Notes: generated by a model from the letters alone, not told the origin. A stretch of 64,000 nt of DNA from Rebecca billardiae RCC1528 (GCA_965240325.2 OZ251222.1:2542001-2606000); one strand, 5' to 3'; shown: positions 34,796 through 47,163, counted from the stretch's first letter. Numbers and translations are program-made.

Positions 34796-35905
34796 TCACT
34801 GGTCAGTCCTGGCGACGGCTTGCCGACGACTGCGACGAACGACAACCGCACGCAATCGCCGTCTCGTGCCATGCTCAGGCAGCGCCGTGCACTCCGGATG
34901 TCTCAGCGGCGTGATGCGCCGGAAGACGTGCAGCGTCCGGCGCAGCCACGGCAGCCTCACGCGCTGGCTCCCGTTCTGGTCGGCCACCATGTACGGCGGC
35001 ATCGGCCACCTCTTGCCCCGCGCCTTGGCGCTGGCGATCACCGTCGCGTTGGGGACCCACGCCTCGTGATAGCCCGGCGGCAGGCGGAACTCGCGCACGC
35101 GCATCGTGCTCTTCACGTCGTACACGTACCCCAGTGCGCGGAACAGGCCGACCACGTACTCGCTGCTGTGGCAGTTGACGTGCCCGATCCCATCCTGCCC
35201 GAGCGCCGCCCACGAGAGGACGATGCCGCGGCAGTTGTGCGCGTGCAGGTTGCGCACCAGCGTGCCCTCGAAGCGGCTGGGCACGTGCTCAGCCACCTCG
35301 ATCGACATGACCCAGTCCGCCTTGGGCAGCCTCAGCGGCGCCGCCAGGTTGAAGTAGGACACTCGGCCGTTCGACGCCGCCTCCACGTTGGCCGCGCCGT
35401 CGTACCCGCGGTACACAACACCCGGGGCGTGCGCGTGGAGCGCGACGCCGTACAGCCCGACGCCGGCGCCAAAGTCGTTGAGCGTGAGCGAGGGAGTGCG
35501 ATCCGCGCGCACCAGCTCGAGCAGCAGCGCGACGAGAGCCGAGTCGGGCGGCTTGTGCGCCTTCGGGAAGTAGAAGGTGCCGCCGCCGTGCGGCAGCGGC
35601 ACCCAGTCGCCCTGGACCTCGCTGGGCGGCGGGTAGCAGTACCCGCCGGTGCTCTGCGGCCTGCGCGAGCTGCAGAGGCGGCTCGCGGCATCTTTCGACA
35701 TCATCCTGCGCAGCTGCTCGGCCGAGATGGGACGCGTCCCGTTGTAGGACGCACCTTGGGCGAGCGCCGAGCGATTCACCTCCGTCAGCGAGTAGGTGCG
35801 TGGGCAGTCGGTTTTGAAGCCGCACGGCTCCTCACCAGGCGACGCGCCGCTGATCACGAGCAGCGACAGGCAGAGAACCAGCGCCCGAGCCGCCCTGCCC
35901 GCCAT
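34796..35905 (-). CDS. Secretory-pathway class I SAM methyltransferase, copy 2 (probable parent)
   Basis: Same motifs as copy 1. Sits head-to-head with XPC at a typical short distance. Confidence 0.85.
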   Translation of the reverse strand: MAGRAARALVLCLSLLVISGASPGEEPCGFKTDCPRTYSLTEVNRSALAQGASYNGTRPISAEQLRRMMSKDAASRLCSSRRPQSTGGYCYPPPSEVQGDWVPLPHGGGTFYFPKAHKPPDSALVALLLELVRADRTPSLTLNDFGAGVGLYGVALHAHAPGVVYRGYDGAANVEAASNGRVSYFNLAAPLRLPKADWVMSIEVAEHVPSRFEGTLVRNLHAHNCRGIVLSWAALGQDGIGHVNCHSSEYVVGLFRALGYVYDVKSTMRVREFRLPPGYHEAWVPNATVIASAKARGKRWPMPPYMVADQNGSQRVRLPWLRRTLHVFRRITPLRHPECTALPEHGTRRRLRAVVVRRSRRQAVARTDQ

Positions 35906-36150
35906 GATCGGCGCTCTGGCCGCACACCGCCTCCGCGTGCATGCGCGGTCCACGGGGTGAACGACCGAGCGGCCGTGAAGTCACGGTTCGCGGTCGCCGG
36001 CCCAGTGGCCCACCGCGCCAAGGCGCCAAGCCGCCGCGAGAGGGCGCGCAGTTCACCGCCAGTGCACCCGGGCGTCAAGTCGCGCCGCCAGCGCGCGAGC
36101 CGCGGCGGCTGAGTACCAGCGCCGCGCGAGCTCACGCGCAGACCGTGCGC

Positions 36151-38673
36151 ATGGCGCGCATCAAGAAGCCGCGACGTGCCGACAAGAAGCCCGCGCATGT
36201 GCGGCCACCCGCACCGCCCGCCGCATCAGTGCAGCCCCCACCGTCGGCCGCGCGCGTGCCACCGGGCTCAGCGGCGCCGAGCAGCGCGCGCAACGACCAC
36301 AACGACGACGACATGGACTGGGAGGACGAGGTCGAGGTGGACCCGGCAGGCTCCGAGCGGGGCAACGGAAGCACCGCTGCCGCGGACGCCGCCACGCCCA
36401 CCGCCACCGGCGCGCAGCCCGGCGTGATCACGGTGTGCGTGCCGCGCGCGCCGGAGGGTGCACACGAGGTGATCGATCTCGAGGCTGAGCCCGAGGTGGA
36501 CGCGCCTCGGCGCAAGCGGCGGCGGCAGCCGACGCGCGATGAGGCGTACGTGGCGACCGAGCTGCACCGCACGCACCTCCTCGCGCTCCTCGCGCACGCC
36601 CGCGCCTGCTCGCGCGCGTGCGACGGCTTGGAGCTGCGCGCGCGGCTTCTCTCCCTGCTCCCAGAGGCGGAGGCGCCGCCCGTGGTGCGGACGGAGGGCG
36701 CGTGGCGCGACGAGGCGGAGGGTGCGCTCCCGTCGGTGCGCCACCTCGAGCGCCTCGTGCGCTGGCTGCGCTCCGCCTTCGCAGAGGAGCGCGCCGCTCG
36801 CTCGTGTCCGCCCGCCGCCGCGTGGGCGGCGGCCGCGGGCGAGGGCACGGAAGGCGGCGGCGCGACGGCGGCGCTTCTCGAGAGGGCCCTCGAGGCGCGC
36901 GTGGCGCCCGCGGCGCTGATGCACCAGCTGCTCGTCGCGCTGGTGCGCGCCCTCGGTGCGGGCGCGCGCTGGGTGCAGCCCTTGCGCCCGCTCACGCCCA
37001 AGGCGGCGACGCGGCTGCTCGCCGCGCGCGCTGACGACGGCGGCGGCGGCGGCGCGGCCGGCGACGCGGGCCGCGAGCTCGGATCGGGCGCGCTCCCGGA
37101 CGCGCAGGGCTGGGCGGAGATCGCGGTGGCCACGGGGGCCGCGGGCGCGAGCGACGCGCCCCCGTTCCGCTGGGTGCACGTCGACGCCGCGCGCAACGCG
37201 CTCGACCACCCGGCGGTCTACCACACACCAGGAGCGGCGGGCGCGGCCGCGGCCGGCCGCGGCGGCGCGGCCGGCGGCGGCGGCGGCGGCGGCGGCGCGA
37301 TGGAGCGCTTCGCCTTCGTGTGCGCGTTCACGCCGCGGTGCGCGACGGACGTGACGGTGCGGTACGTGCGGCAGTGGGCGGACGTGCCGCGCATGCGCTC
37401 CCCCGACGACGGCTGGTGGCCGCGCGCGCTCGACGCCGCCTCCGCTTGCCGCGCGGCGCGCGAGGTGGCCGAGGCAGCTGACAGCGCCGAGTTCGCTCGG
37501 CGCCGCGCCGCGCAGCCGCTGCCGAGCACGCTGGCCGCGCTGCGCGAGAGCGGCGAGTTCGTGCTCGCGCGCGACCTGGAGAAGGCCAAGACGCGCGCCG
37601 CGCGCCCCGACGCGCGGGCGCACGAGCTGCTCGTCCGCGGCAGGCCGGAGCGCGTCTTCCGCAAGAAGGACGTGGCTGAGCTCAAGTCTGCAGAAGGGTG
37701 GTACAGGCATGGGCGGCAGGTGAGGCGGGAGGAGGTGGGCGCGGCGGTGAGCGCGGGCGCGGAGGAGGGCGAGGCGGAGGAGGAGCCGCCGCACCAGCTC
37801 GGCGCGCCGCCGCCGCTGCCGCCGCTCGCGCCGCCGGCCGAGTCCGCCGGCGGCGCCGGCGGCTGTGCGGGCGGTGCCGACGGCGGCGGCGGCGGCGGCG
37901 GCGGCGGCGATGGCGGCGGCGGCGGCGACGGCGGCGGCGGCGGCTTGGGTTTGGCTGCTGGCGGCGCGGCCACCGCTGGCGCCGCCATGCGCGGCACCGG
38001 CGGCCGTCTCGGGCCGGGAGACAGCGCGTGGTACCTGTGCGGCGGCCTGCCCTCGGCGGCCGGCGGCGTTGCCGCCGGCGCGCGGCTCGGCGCGACCAAG
38101 CCCTCCGCCGCCGCGCGCCGCGCCGCACGGCCGCTGTATGGCCAGTGGCAGACGGAGCCGCTGCGCGTGCCGAGCGCGAGCGGCGGCGCGGTGCCTCGCA
38201 ACCGGTACGGCGTGGTGGACGTGCTCACGCCGGCGCACCTGCCCGAGGGCACGGTGCACGTGCGCCTGCCGCGCGCGGCGCAGGTCGCGAGGGCGCTCGG
38301 CATCGACTACGCACCGGCCAAGGTCGGATTCGAATGGCACGGCGGCAGCGCGACGCCTCGGTTCGAGGGCGTGGTGGTGTGCGCCGAGCACGCCGAGACG
38401 GTGGCTGACGCGCACGCGGCGCTGACGCACGCGACGCTCGAGGGCGAGCGCGCCAAGGTGGAGCAGGAGGCGGCGCAGCACTGGCGCGCGCTGCTCCGCG
38501 CGCTGTCGATTCACCTGCAGCTGCGGCGCGACTACGGCGACGGCGCGGGCGGGGCCACGCCCGCGGCACCGCGCGCGGACGCGGGCCGAGGCGACGCGCC
38601 GCCTGAGATGGCGCGCGCCTCGAGCTCAGCGGCGCTCGCGCTCGCGCTTGGGGGCGAGGAGGAGCAGCTGTGA
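36151..38673 (+). CDS. XPC: DNA repair protein XPC/Rad4
   Basis: LHRTHLLALL, WAEI, RWVHVD and DVTVRY, plus beta-hairpin domain motifs LYGQWQTE, VPRNRYGVVDV and LGIDYAPAKVGFEW...PRFEGVVV. Confidence 0.92.
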   Translation: MARIKKPRRADKKPAHVRPPAPPAASVQPPPSAARVPPGSAAPSSARNDHNDDDMDWEDEVEVDPAGSERGNGSTAAADAATPTATGAQPGVITVCVPRAPEGAHEVIDLEAEPEVDAPRRKRRRQPTRDEAYVATELHRTHLLALLAHARACSRACDGLELRARLLSLLPEAEAPPVVRTEGAWRDEAEGALPSVRHLERLVRWLRSAFAEERAARSCPPAAAWAAAAGEGTEGGGATAALLERALEARVAPAALMHQLLVALVRALGAGARWVQPLRPLTPKAATRLLAARADDGGGGGAAGDAGRELGSGALPDAQGWAEIAVATGAAGASDAPPFRWVHVDAARNALDHPAVYHTPGAAGAAAAGRGGAAGGGGGGGGAMERFAFVCAFTPRCATDVTVRYVRQWADVPRMRSPDDGWWPRALDAASACRAAREVAEAADSAEFARRRAAQPLPSTLAALRESGEFVLARDLEKAKTRAARPDARAHELLVRGRPERVFRKKDVAELKSAEGWYRHGRQVRREEVGAAVSAGAEEGEAEEEPPHQLGAPPPLPPLAPPAESAGGAGGCAGGADGGGGGGGGGDGGGGGDGGGGGLGLAAGGAATAGAAMRGTGGRLGPGDSAWYLCGGLPSAAGGVAAGARLGATKPSAAARRAARPLYGQWQTEPLRVPSASGGAVPRNRYGVVDVLTPAHLPEGTVHVRLPRAAQVARALGIDYAPAKVGFEWHGGSATPRFEGVVVCAEHAETVADAHAALTHATLEGERAKVEQEAAQHWRALLRALSIHLQLRRDYGDGAGGATPAAPRADAGRGDAPPEMARASSSAALALALGGEEEQL

Positions 38674-38931
38674 ACCCGCGCCGGCATGGAGGCCGCTGAT
38701 GCGCCGGCTCAGGCGGCCGTCGAGTGCCCACCTGTCATTGGCCCAGGACCGGCTGGCGGCAGGGGGGCGTATCATAGGTATTGTGCCGTACAGTATTACC
38801 CCCATACTCGCGAGTAAAACGGCTGTATGATACTCGAGTGTCAAACGTCGCGATCTCCGAGATCTCGGGGACACGCGCGCGCGGCGACGACCGCGCCGAT
38901 CGAGGAACGCGGTCGTGGCCGTCAACTCACG

Positions 38932-40388
38932 ATGCTCGCTGCAACGCAGGTGGCGATCGTGGCGGCGCTGAGCCTCGCCGGGGGCGGGCGGCCGCCGGCG
39001 ACGCGCATCGGGGCGCGCGCCGCGCACCGATCAGCGCCGACGATGGGCCCGCCGAAGGAGGTCCGCGTCGGCATCCTCGGCGCGTCGGGGTACACGGGCG
39101 CCGAGCTCGTGCGGCTGCTCCTCGGCCACCCGCAGGCGAAGATCGCCTTCCTGTCCGCCGAGCGCTCGGCGGGCAAGGCGTACGCGGAGGTGTACCCGCA
39201 GTTCGGCCACATGCGTGACCTGCCCAACCTCGTCAAGATGGAGGACGCGCCGTACGATGGCGTGGACGTCGTGTTCACTTGCCTGCCGCACGTGCGCGCC
39301 GCGGCCGCGCCGCGCCGCGCGCATCCCGGCGCGCGTGCCTCGCGTCGCGCGTGCGGAGGCGCGCGGGCGCTCACGCGCGTCGACCCGTCCTTCCCCGCCT
39401 CTCCGCCCGCGCCCTTCTCGGCGCGCCTCCGCAGGCCATGTCCCACCAGGTCGTCTCGTCGGTGCCGAGCGACATCAAGGTGGTCGACCTCTCCGCCGAC
39501 TTTCGGCTCGCGGACACGAGCGTGTACGAGGCGTGGTACAACGTGCCGCACGGCGCGCCGGAGCTGCAGCCCGAGGCGGTGTACGGGCTGACCGAGATCA
39601 ACCGCGAGAAGATCGCGAAGGCGCGCATCATCGCCAACCCGGGCTGCTACCCGACCGCGGCGCAGCTGCCCCTCATCCCGCTGCTGCAGGCCGGGCTGAT
39701 CGAGCGCAACGGCATCATCATCGACGCCAAGTCGGGCGTGACCGGCGCGGGGCGCGCGCCGAAGGAGGGCACGCTGTACTGCGAGGTGACCGACGGCCTC
39801 GCGCCCTACGGCATCGCCAACCACAGGTGCGCCCGGCGACGCGCAGGCCGCACGGCGCGCGCCGCGCGAGCGGCGATGCGCGCGCGCTGCCCGGCCCACG
39901 CATCCGCTGATGGGATTGCCCCCGCCCCGCTCGCGCGCACCACCGGGCACCGTGGCGCATCGCGCACGGCCGGCAGGCACCTGCCCGAGATCGAGCAGGG
40001 CCTCTCCCTCGCCGCCGGCGCGGACGCGATGATCACGTTCACGCCGCACCTCACGCCGATGTCGCGCGGCATCGAGGAGACCATCTATGTGCAGTGCTCG
40101 CTCGGCGTCGGCGCGGCCGAGCTCAAGGCGGAGCTGGAGCGCAAGTACCACGCGGAGGAGTTCGTGCACGTGCTTCCGGGCGGCGCGGTGCCGGCGACGC
40201 GCCACGTGCGCGGGAGCAACCAGTGCGTGATCAACGTGTTCGACGACCGCGTGCCCGGCCGGGCGATCATCGTCAGCGTGATCGACAACCTCGTCAAGGG
40301 CGCGAGCGGGCAGGCGCTGCAGAACATGAACGTGGCGTCTGGCCTGCCGGAGCACCTCGGGCTGCGCGGCGCGCCCGTCTTCCCGTGA
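38932..40388 (+). CDS. argC: N-acetyl-gamma-glutamyl-phosphate reductase, plastid-type leader; introns 39292-39434 and 39827-39976
   Basis: ILGASGYTGAEL, DLSADFRL, ANPGCYPT, DAKSGVTGAGR, HRHLPEI and IDNLVKGASGQALQNMN. Confidence 0.96.
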
Positions 40389-40763
40389 GCGGGCCGCCGA
40401 GCGCGACGCTGCTCCCCTCGGCCACTACTCCATGCGGGTCGGCGTCGGACTCCGACGGAGCTGCGCGGACGACACCATGTACTGGTGTAGTAGTAGTAGC
40501 TACGGCGTAAGCCGCAGCGCCGTCTGCGACTGCTGCTACTGACTACTGTAGTGCTGGGCCCTGGCGGACGCGATGCATCCTGATCCGCTTGCTCATCCGG
40601 CGGCGTCTCTCTTCACTGACTTCAGTCCCGACGGTCCGACGTCCGTGCACGCCCGGACCCGGCGCAGATCGGCCATCATCGGGCAGAAGTTGATGCCTCT
40701 GAGAGCTGATGCTTGCGGACTACTAAGAAGTTCTACTGTAGTTAGAAGCGGCCTCACTCCTCA

Positions 40764-41971
40764 GCGTCTGCGGCGCTGACAGACTGCCCGCAGTGACAGA
40801 CAGTGACTAGCGCATGCATGTGCTGCCATGTCCGTCAAGGCGGCTACGCGTAGTTATCTAGCAGATAGTATAAGCAGCATATAGCAGTGAAGGGCGGAGG
40901 TGAAGGCTGCTGATCCTTATGTCTACTGCTGTCTGAGTTGACGTTATTGTCACGGCATGAGCCGATGAGGCCGCAGGCCGTCGTACGTGACCGTCTTAGG
41001 AGTCTGAGTGAGTCGTCGTGAGATGGCCAGCGGTCATCGTCGTAACTCGTATAACTATAGTAACCGCGGCCGTCGAAATTAACGTGGCCACGGGCACGGT
41101 GATGCGCTGCCGCAGCATCTGCTCATCACCCGGCTCACACCAGTTACCACGCCGGCCTCGCCCGCCTATCTGCGCCCGCGGGACCGCGCGCCGGGACTGG
41201 GTGGCGCCGAGCGCCGAACTCGGAACTGATGCTGCGAAGTCAACTCAGAAAGAAGTAGTGCGACTAGATAGAATCTAATTCTAGATACGGCTGCTGCTAC
41301 TGCTAGGCAACCAGCTAGTGTAAGTTAGACTCGCAAGCTGCAGGTCCAGGGCCAGGCGGGGCAGGGCGCGTCTGCGGCGCTGACAGACTGCCCGCAGTGA
41401 CAGACAGTGACTAGCGCATGCATGTGCTGCCATGTCCGTCAAGGCGGCTACGCGTAGTTATCTAGCAGATAGTATAAGCAGCATATAGCAGTGAAGGGCG
41501 GAGGTGAAGGCTGCTGATCCTTATGTCTACTGCTGTCTGAGTTGACGTTATTGTCACGGCATGAGCCGATGAGGCCGCAGGCCGTCGTACGTGACCGTCT
41601 TAGGAGTCTGAGTGAGTCGTCGTGAGATGGCCAGCGGTCATCGTCGTAACTCGTATAACTATAGTAACCGCGGCCGTCGAAATTAACGTGGCCACGGGCA
41701 CGGTGATGCGCTGCCGCAGCATCTGCTCATCACCCGGCTCACACCAGTTACCACGCCGGCCTCGCCCGCCTATCTGCGCCCGCGGGACCGCGCGCCGGGA
41801 CTGGGTGGCGCCGAGCGCCGAACTCGGAACTGATGCTGCGAAGTCAACTCAGAAAGAAGTAGTGCGACTAGATAGAATCTAATTCTAGATACGGCTGCTG
41901 CTACTGCTAGGCAACCAGCTAGTGTAAGTTAGACTCGCAAGCTGCAGGTCCAGGGCCAGGCGGGGCAGGGC
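40764..41971. repeat. Tandem duplication of a 604-bp non-coding unit
   Basis: 40764-41367 repeated at 41368-41971 with no differences seen by eye. Identical 86-aa ORFs at 41018 and 41622. Confidence 0.95.
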
Positions 41972-42489
41972 TATAGTGCCAAGGGCCGTGGTAGTGCGGC
42001 ACTAGCAGCTCGCTGCGACGAGCCGAGGCACCAAACCAAGACCCGTGGGCGGAGTCGTCACGCCTGAGGCCGGACTCCCCGGCCCACTCGGCCGGCGGCG
42101 TCGGCCACGGCGCCGACGACGGCGCCGGCCCCGTGCACTGCATCATGCTGATGCCAGCGACTGGGCACTGCTGCAGCAGCAGCATATCAATCAAGGCCCG
42201 ACGCTGATGACGATCACGATGGCGAAACTTATAGACGCGACGACGATGATGTCGTGACAGTCCGAGTTGTGACGTCGTCGTCTAGCTACAGCAACGGCAG
42301 CGGCTACTGGCGCGGCCGACAATCTCAATCTGGGCGAGCGACGATATATATATATATATATGGAACTAGCATCATGCATATATATGGCAACGCTGACGAG
42401 CAGCAGCCTGTAAAAGTAGTGTCGTACGTCATCAATTGTCGTCGTCCGTCACGTCCGCGTGTGACGGTGTGTGCCGAGTCGTCGGATCG

Positions 42490-45400
42490 TCAGTAGTGTA
42501 TCGATGTCTGATGGCTGATGACGCTCAGGCTGCGCACGCTGCCATCAGCTCGACTGCTCACCGCGGAGTGCTGGCGGGTGAGGCACGCCCTGCTGCCCGT
42601 CCGCGTCGGCGCGTTCGCCATGGACAGCGGCAGCACGCCGCGCCACTGCTGCGGGCTCGCGCCGCCGGCGATCCTGCTCAAGTCAGCCTCTGTCGGGAGC
42701 TGCCGCGAGATCCCCGACGGAGTCGCGCCGGGTATTCTCCGCCGCACCGCCCGCGGCAGCAGCCCGGCGAGTGGCGGCAGCGTGCACTGCTCCTCCTCCG
42801 GCCCCATGATCATGAAGAGAGGCAGAAGCATCACAAACGTGAACAGGATCGCCCAGAAGGAGGTGAGCACGATGAACGTGCCGAACATGGAGAGGAAGAG
42901 CGAGACGCAGCCAAACTGGTGCGCCGGCGCGCGCGCGCACGCGCGTCGGGAGCGCGCAGCGGTGAGGCGCGCAGCGGTGAGGCGCGCAGCGCCTTGTGTC
43001 GTGCGCCGCCAGGCAGGGCAGGGCGCGCGGGGGCGGCCGTCGCACCAGCGGCAGGCCTGCGAACAGGGTGGTGGTCGCGCCGCCGAGGATGGACACGCCG
43101 ATGTCGGCGATCGCGGCCTGCGCCTTCTCGAAGCGCGTGCCGCGCGCGTGCGTGTAGAAGTGCGTGACGTGCACCGCGTAGTCGATCGCCAGCCCGACCG
43201 TGAGCACGGTGAAGAGAGACTCGTACGGGGAGAGGCTGTTGCCCGCGATGAAGATGCAGCCGAGCACGTTGGAGACGACCGCGCAGATGGTGAGGAGGAC
43301 GAGGGCCGAGGCGGCGGGGTTGCGCGTGACGAGCAGCACCACGCCAAACGCGCAACCCAGCGAGGTGGGCACCGACTGCGAGAGCACCTTGAACGTCTCG
43401 AGCAGGAAGTCGTACAGCGTCCAGTCAAAGCCGGGCAGCCGCGCCGGGATCGTCTGGAAGCAGCCCAGGTCGGCGCACTCGGCGCGCGCGTACGCGGCCC
43501 ACGCGTCGAAGTGCGGGCGGATCGAGGCGGGCCCCGCCTTGAGCTCGCGCGGGATCGACGTGTTGAACGTGTTCCACAGCGCGCGCACGCCCTCCGCCCC
43601 GTCTGGCACGAAGCCGGAGAACCACGCCCAGTCCGCCAAGTAGGCGGTCGAGTGGTTGCCCTGCAGCCAGCTGTACTCGGCGGAGCTGTAGAATGCCTCG
43701 AGGGCGCGGCGCAGCTGGCGCTCGCCGCTGTACGGGAAGTCGTCGGGGCGCCACGCCTTGAGCTCGTTGAGCACGCAGTACGCCTCGCCCTCGTTGAGCA
43801 GCGCGCCGTACGCCGCCCTGGCGCGCTCGCAGTCGAGCACGATCGCCCGCTGCGCCGAGCGCCCAAAGTCGAGCGGCGCGTAGTTGACGGTCGGGCGCGC
43901 CTCGCGCCAGCCGGTCGGGTAGATCTGACCGTCAGGCTCGTACGTGACGGGCTCGGCGGCGTCGAGGCCGTACACGAGGGTCACGTGGAACACCCAGTCG
44001 CGCGCGACGTAGAACTCCTCGTCGAGCAGCTTGAACCAGCGCTCGATCGGGTGGCCGACCGCAAAGCCGATCGGCAGCTCGTCGGCGACGGAGAAGGTCT
44101 GAGAGAAGCCAACGGCAAGGCCGGCGGTGGCGAGCAGCGCGCAGCCGAGGACGGCGTGCCGGTGGGCGTGGATGCGCGGGGCGAGGCGGTCGCGCAGCAG
44201 CACGACGATCGGCCGGTCCGGCCGCGGCGTGAGCCCCTCCGCCTCCGCCGCCGGCGCGCCGCCCCCCGCCTCCGCGCGGCACCCGCGCAGCGGCGCGCAG
44301 CACGCGGGGCACTGCCGCTGCACGTGGCGCGTGTACAGCACCGCCACCGCGGGGAACCACGAGACCACGAGCGCAAAGTCCCAGAGGACCACACTGCGGG
44401 GAGGCACGCCGCGCGGGCGCGCGCGGGGGCCGGGTGGGGGGTCGCTCGGCCCGGCCGTTCGCAAAGGACACCCCGCGCGCGCCGACACCCCGCGCGCGCA
44501 CCACGCGGCAAAGACGCCAAACGCCGAGATGCCGGGCACGGACGAGGTGGCGGACACGACGAGGCAGAGGCACGTGGTCGCGGTGGTGGCGAACATCGCG
44601 CCGACGGCCTTCTCGTACGCCCACGCGAAGCGCGTCTCGATCGAGTCGCTCACCCCCGGGTGCGACAGCGACGCCTTCCACGCGTCCATGAAGACAAAGC
44701 TGCGCGGCGGCGCGCCCAGTCATGCAGCGGCGCGGGCGCCCGCGCGTGCCGGCGGCGCCGCGGGCTGAGCGCACCGGCGGTGCGGCGCGGTGCGGCGCGC
44801 GCGCCGAGGTGTGGGCGCAGCGCGCACATGTCGTCGGCGCCGATGCACAGGATGAGGTAGATGCTGAGGAACTCGAGCTGCCCCACCTCCTCCTGCTGGA
44901 AGAGCACGCGCCACGAGAAGAAGGCCACTGCGGCGCCGGGCGCGGCATCGCGCGGGCGGCAGCCGCGCGCGCGCGCCGGGCTCGGCGCGCCGCGCGCCGC
45001 GCGCGCCGCGCGCGCCGCGCGCGCGCGGTGGGGCGAGGCGGGCCGGGCGCGCGCGCCGCACGTGGCACGCTCATCACGATCTCAAAGATGCCGGCGAGCG
45101 CCAGCGTGACCGAGCCCACGTTCCACCACACGTAGCAGAAGACGAACAGGACGGAGCCGATCGCAAACAGTATGTCCGTGATCAGAATGTCGAAGATCTG
45201 CAGCGAGACGTACGACCACCAGAGCACGGAGATGCGCCTGTCGCCGCGCGGCGCGGTGGCGTACGTGCGCGCGGTCTCCGAGTTCTCCGTCGCCGAGTGT
45301 GCGTTCGTCGCGTCGTTCATCGCGCGCTTCAGCCGCGGGCCGAACGTGCCCCCGCTCAGCCAGGTGAGCGAATTGAATTGGCGCCCGAACGCGCGCCTGT

Positions 45401-46331
45401 CGCCGCGCCACCCTTTGAGCGGCCAGCCGATGTCGTAGAAGCTGCGGATGAACTGGGCGCGCGGCACGTCGCAGTCGCGCCGCACGCCGATGTTCGCGCG
45501 CGCGCGCACGCCCTCGTCCGGCGCGCACAGCTCGCCCTCCACGATGTCCGCCCAGCGGTCCGGCTGTGCGAGCACGCCCTCCCGCCAGTCATACACGCTC
45601 GAGCGGCACGGCCCGCGGCCCCACTCGTGGCAGCCGGAGAGGGCGCAGGCGGGCGCGGAGCTGTTGCCGCAGATCTGCTCGTACGTCTCCTTCGGCACCT
45701 GGCAGTACCCGCGCTCGCACTGCTCCCGGTGCAGCGCGCCCCCCTCGTACAGATAGTTGAGGACTGTGCTGCCGCTCGCGCACGCAGACTCGTCCTCCGC
45801 CTCGGCCGAGTGGACGAGGCGGCAGTGGTCGCGCCACTCGGGCAGCTCGAGGAGGGCGCGCTCAATCGTGGCCATCGTGCGCACGTTCGCGCGCGACAGC
45901 ATGTTCCCGCCCTCGAAAGCGTCGTACAGGAAGCCGACCTGGTCGAGCGTGCCCTCGCGCTCGCGCATCTCGGTATCCTCGTCCTCGTCCTCCGGCAGCT
46001 CGGGGCGGTACCTCTCGCCCGTGATGTTTGCGTGCGCCGTGACCTGCTTGTCGATCACCGACGTCTGGATGCGCCACTGGTTCGAGGCGAAGCGGAACTC
46101 CTGGTCCACGACGATCGCGACCGCGACGCCGGTCGCCGAGAGCGCGATCGTGAGCAAAAACATGCACGTGGCGATCTTGCACGCGTGCGCGCCGAAGAGG
46201 CGCCCGGCCATCAGGGCAGCAGGGGATGGCTCGTGGTTCTGCTTGACGCCGGGAGGCTCCGGCTCGTCGGGTGCGGGAGCCGGCTCGGGAGGCTGGGGCC
46301 GTCGCCGCATGGCGACGGCGGCTCCCATCAT
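42490..46331 (-). CDS. Patched/Dispatched-like RND transporter with sterol-sensing domain; introns 42916-43045, 44394-44501, 44700-44827, 44928-45061
   Basis: Spliced product has CIGADDIFVFMDAW, AMFATTATT, VGLAIDYAVH and IGVSILGGATTT in a 1+5+1+5 TM layout. Confidence 0.9.
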
Positions 46332-46522
46332 TATTGGCGAGGATCAAGGCATCAAGCTTGGGAGCCGGACGTGGCAGAACCAGTGCCACTTGCTAATGGC
46401 CGGGCAGACTGGGCCAGCTGGGCAGCCGTGTAACGCCCGCCCGTCCGGCCGCGAAGATGACGAAATCCAGCTTGCGCGCTCATCTGCATGGCGGCCGACG
46501 CCGCCAAGAAGCAAGCTACGAC

Positions 46523-47163
46523 ATGAGCATCGTCGAGCTGAACAGCCGGTTCTTTATGGAGCACATCGGGAGCAGGGGCATGTACATTCCCGGCGGTGGA
46601 GGCGGCGGCGGCGGCGGAGCCGGTGGCGGTGCCCTAGCCGCCAAAATCGCCGTTCCACTCGCCGCGTTCGGGGTTGGCTACTGGGTATCATCTGACGGCG
46701 GACCGCTCGGCGACCGCGGCACGGATGTGGCAATCATCAACAATTCTTCAAACGCCGTCAAGCTAACGGGCGTAAGCTGCGACGCTGGACATCTTGCTTC
46801 GGCGGCGCCTCCAAACCTTGCAGGTCAGGGGGCTGAGACTCATTGGGGCGGATATTCGGTCCGATCGGACATGGGCGGATCTGCAGCTTGCACGGTGACG
46901 TACGGATCGGTACGTGCGCGTCTCCTCTGCGCGCGTGTGCGTGTGCTCGAGCACCGTGTGCATGCGCTTACTGTCTAGTGCTGGCATATACCTGTGTCGT
47001 GTCCGCGCGCGTGTTTGTTCATTCACAGGACACAGGCGATCTCTACTCCATGACCACAGACAATCCGTTCATCGGGTTCAACAAGGCGGTCAGCTCGGGC
47101 AATGTGTCTTCTTTCGGCGATATTTCCGGCTTTATGAACAAGGTGACCTTCGTGCTTGACTAA
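46523..47163 (+). CDS. Aegerolysin/Cry34-like beta-sandwich protein with Gly-rich hydrophobic N-terminal segment; intron 46910-47028
   Basis: VAIINNSSNAVKL...GHL...PP...G...CTVTYG...DNPFIGFN...VTFVL pattern after splicing GTACGT...CACAG. Confidence 0.6.

Noticed and set aside
19326-35905. Methionine/SAM metabolic gene cluster (metH plus three methyltransferases)
   Set aside because: Methyltransferases are abundant, two are a local duplicate, and unrelated genes intervene.
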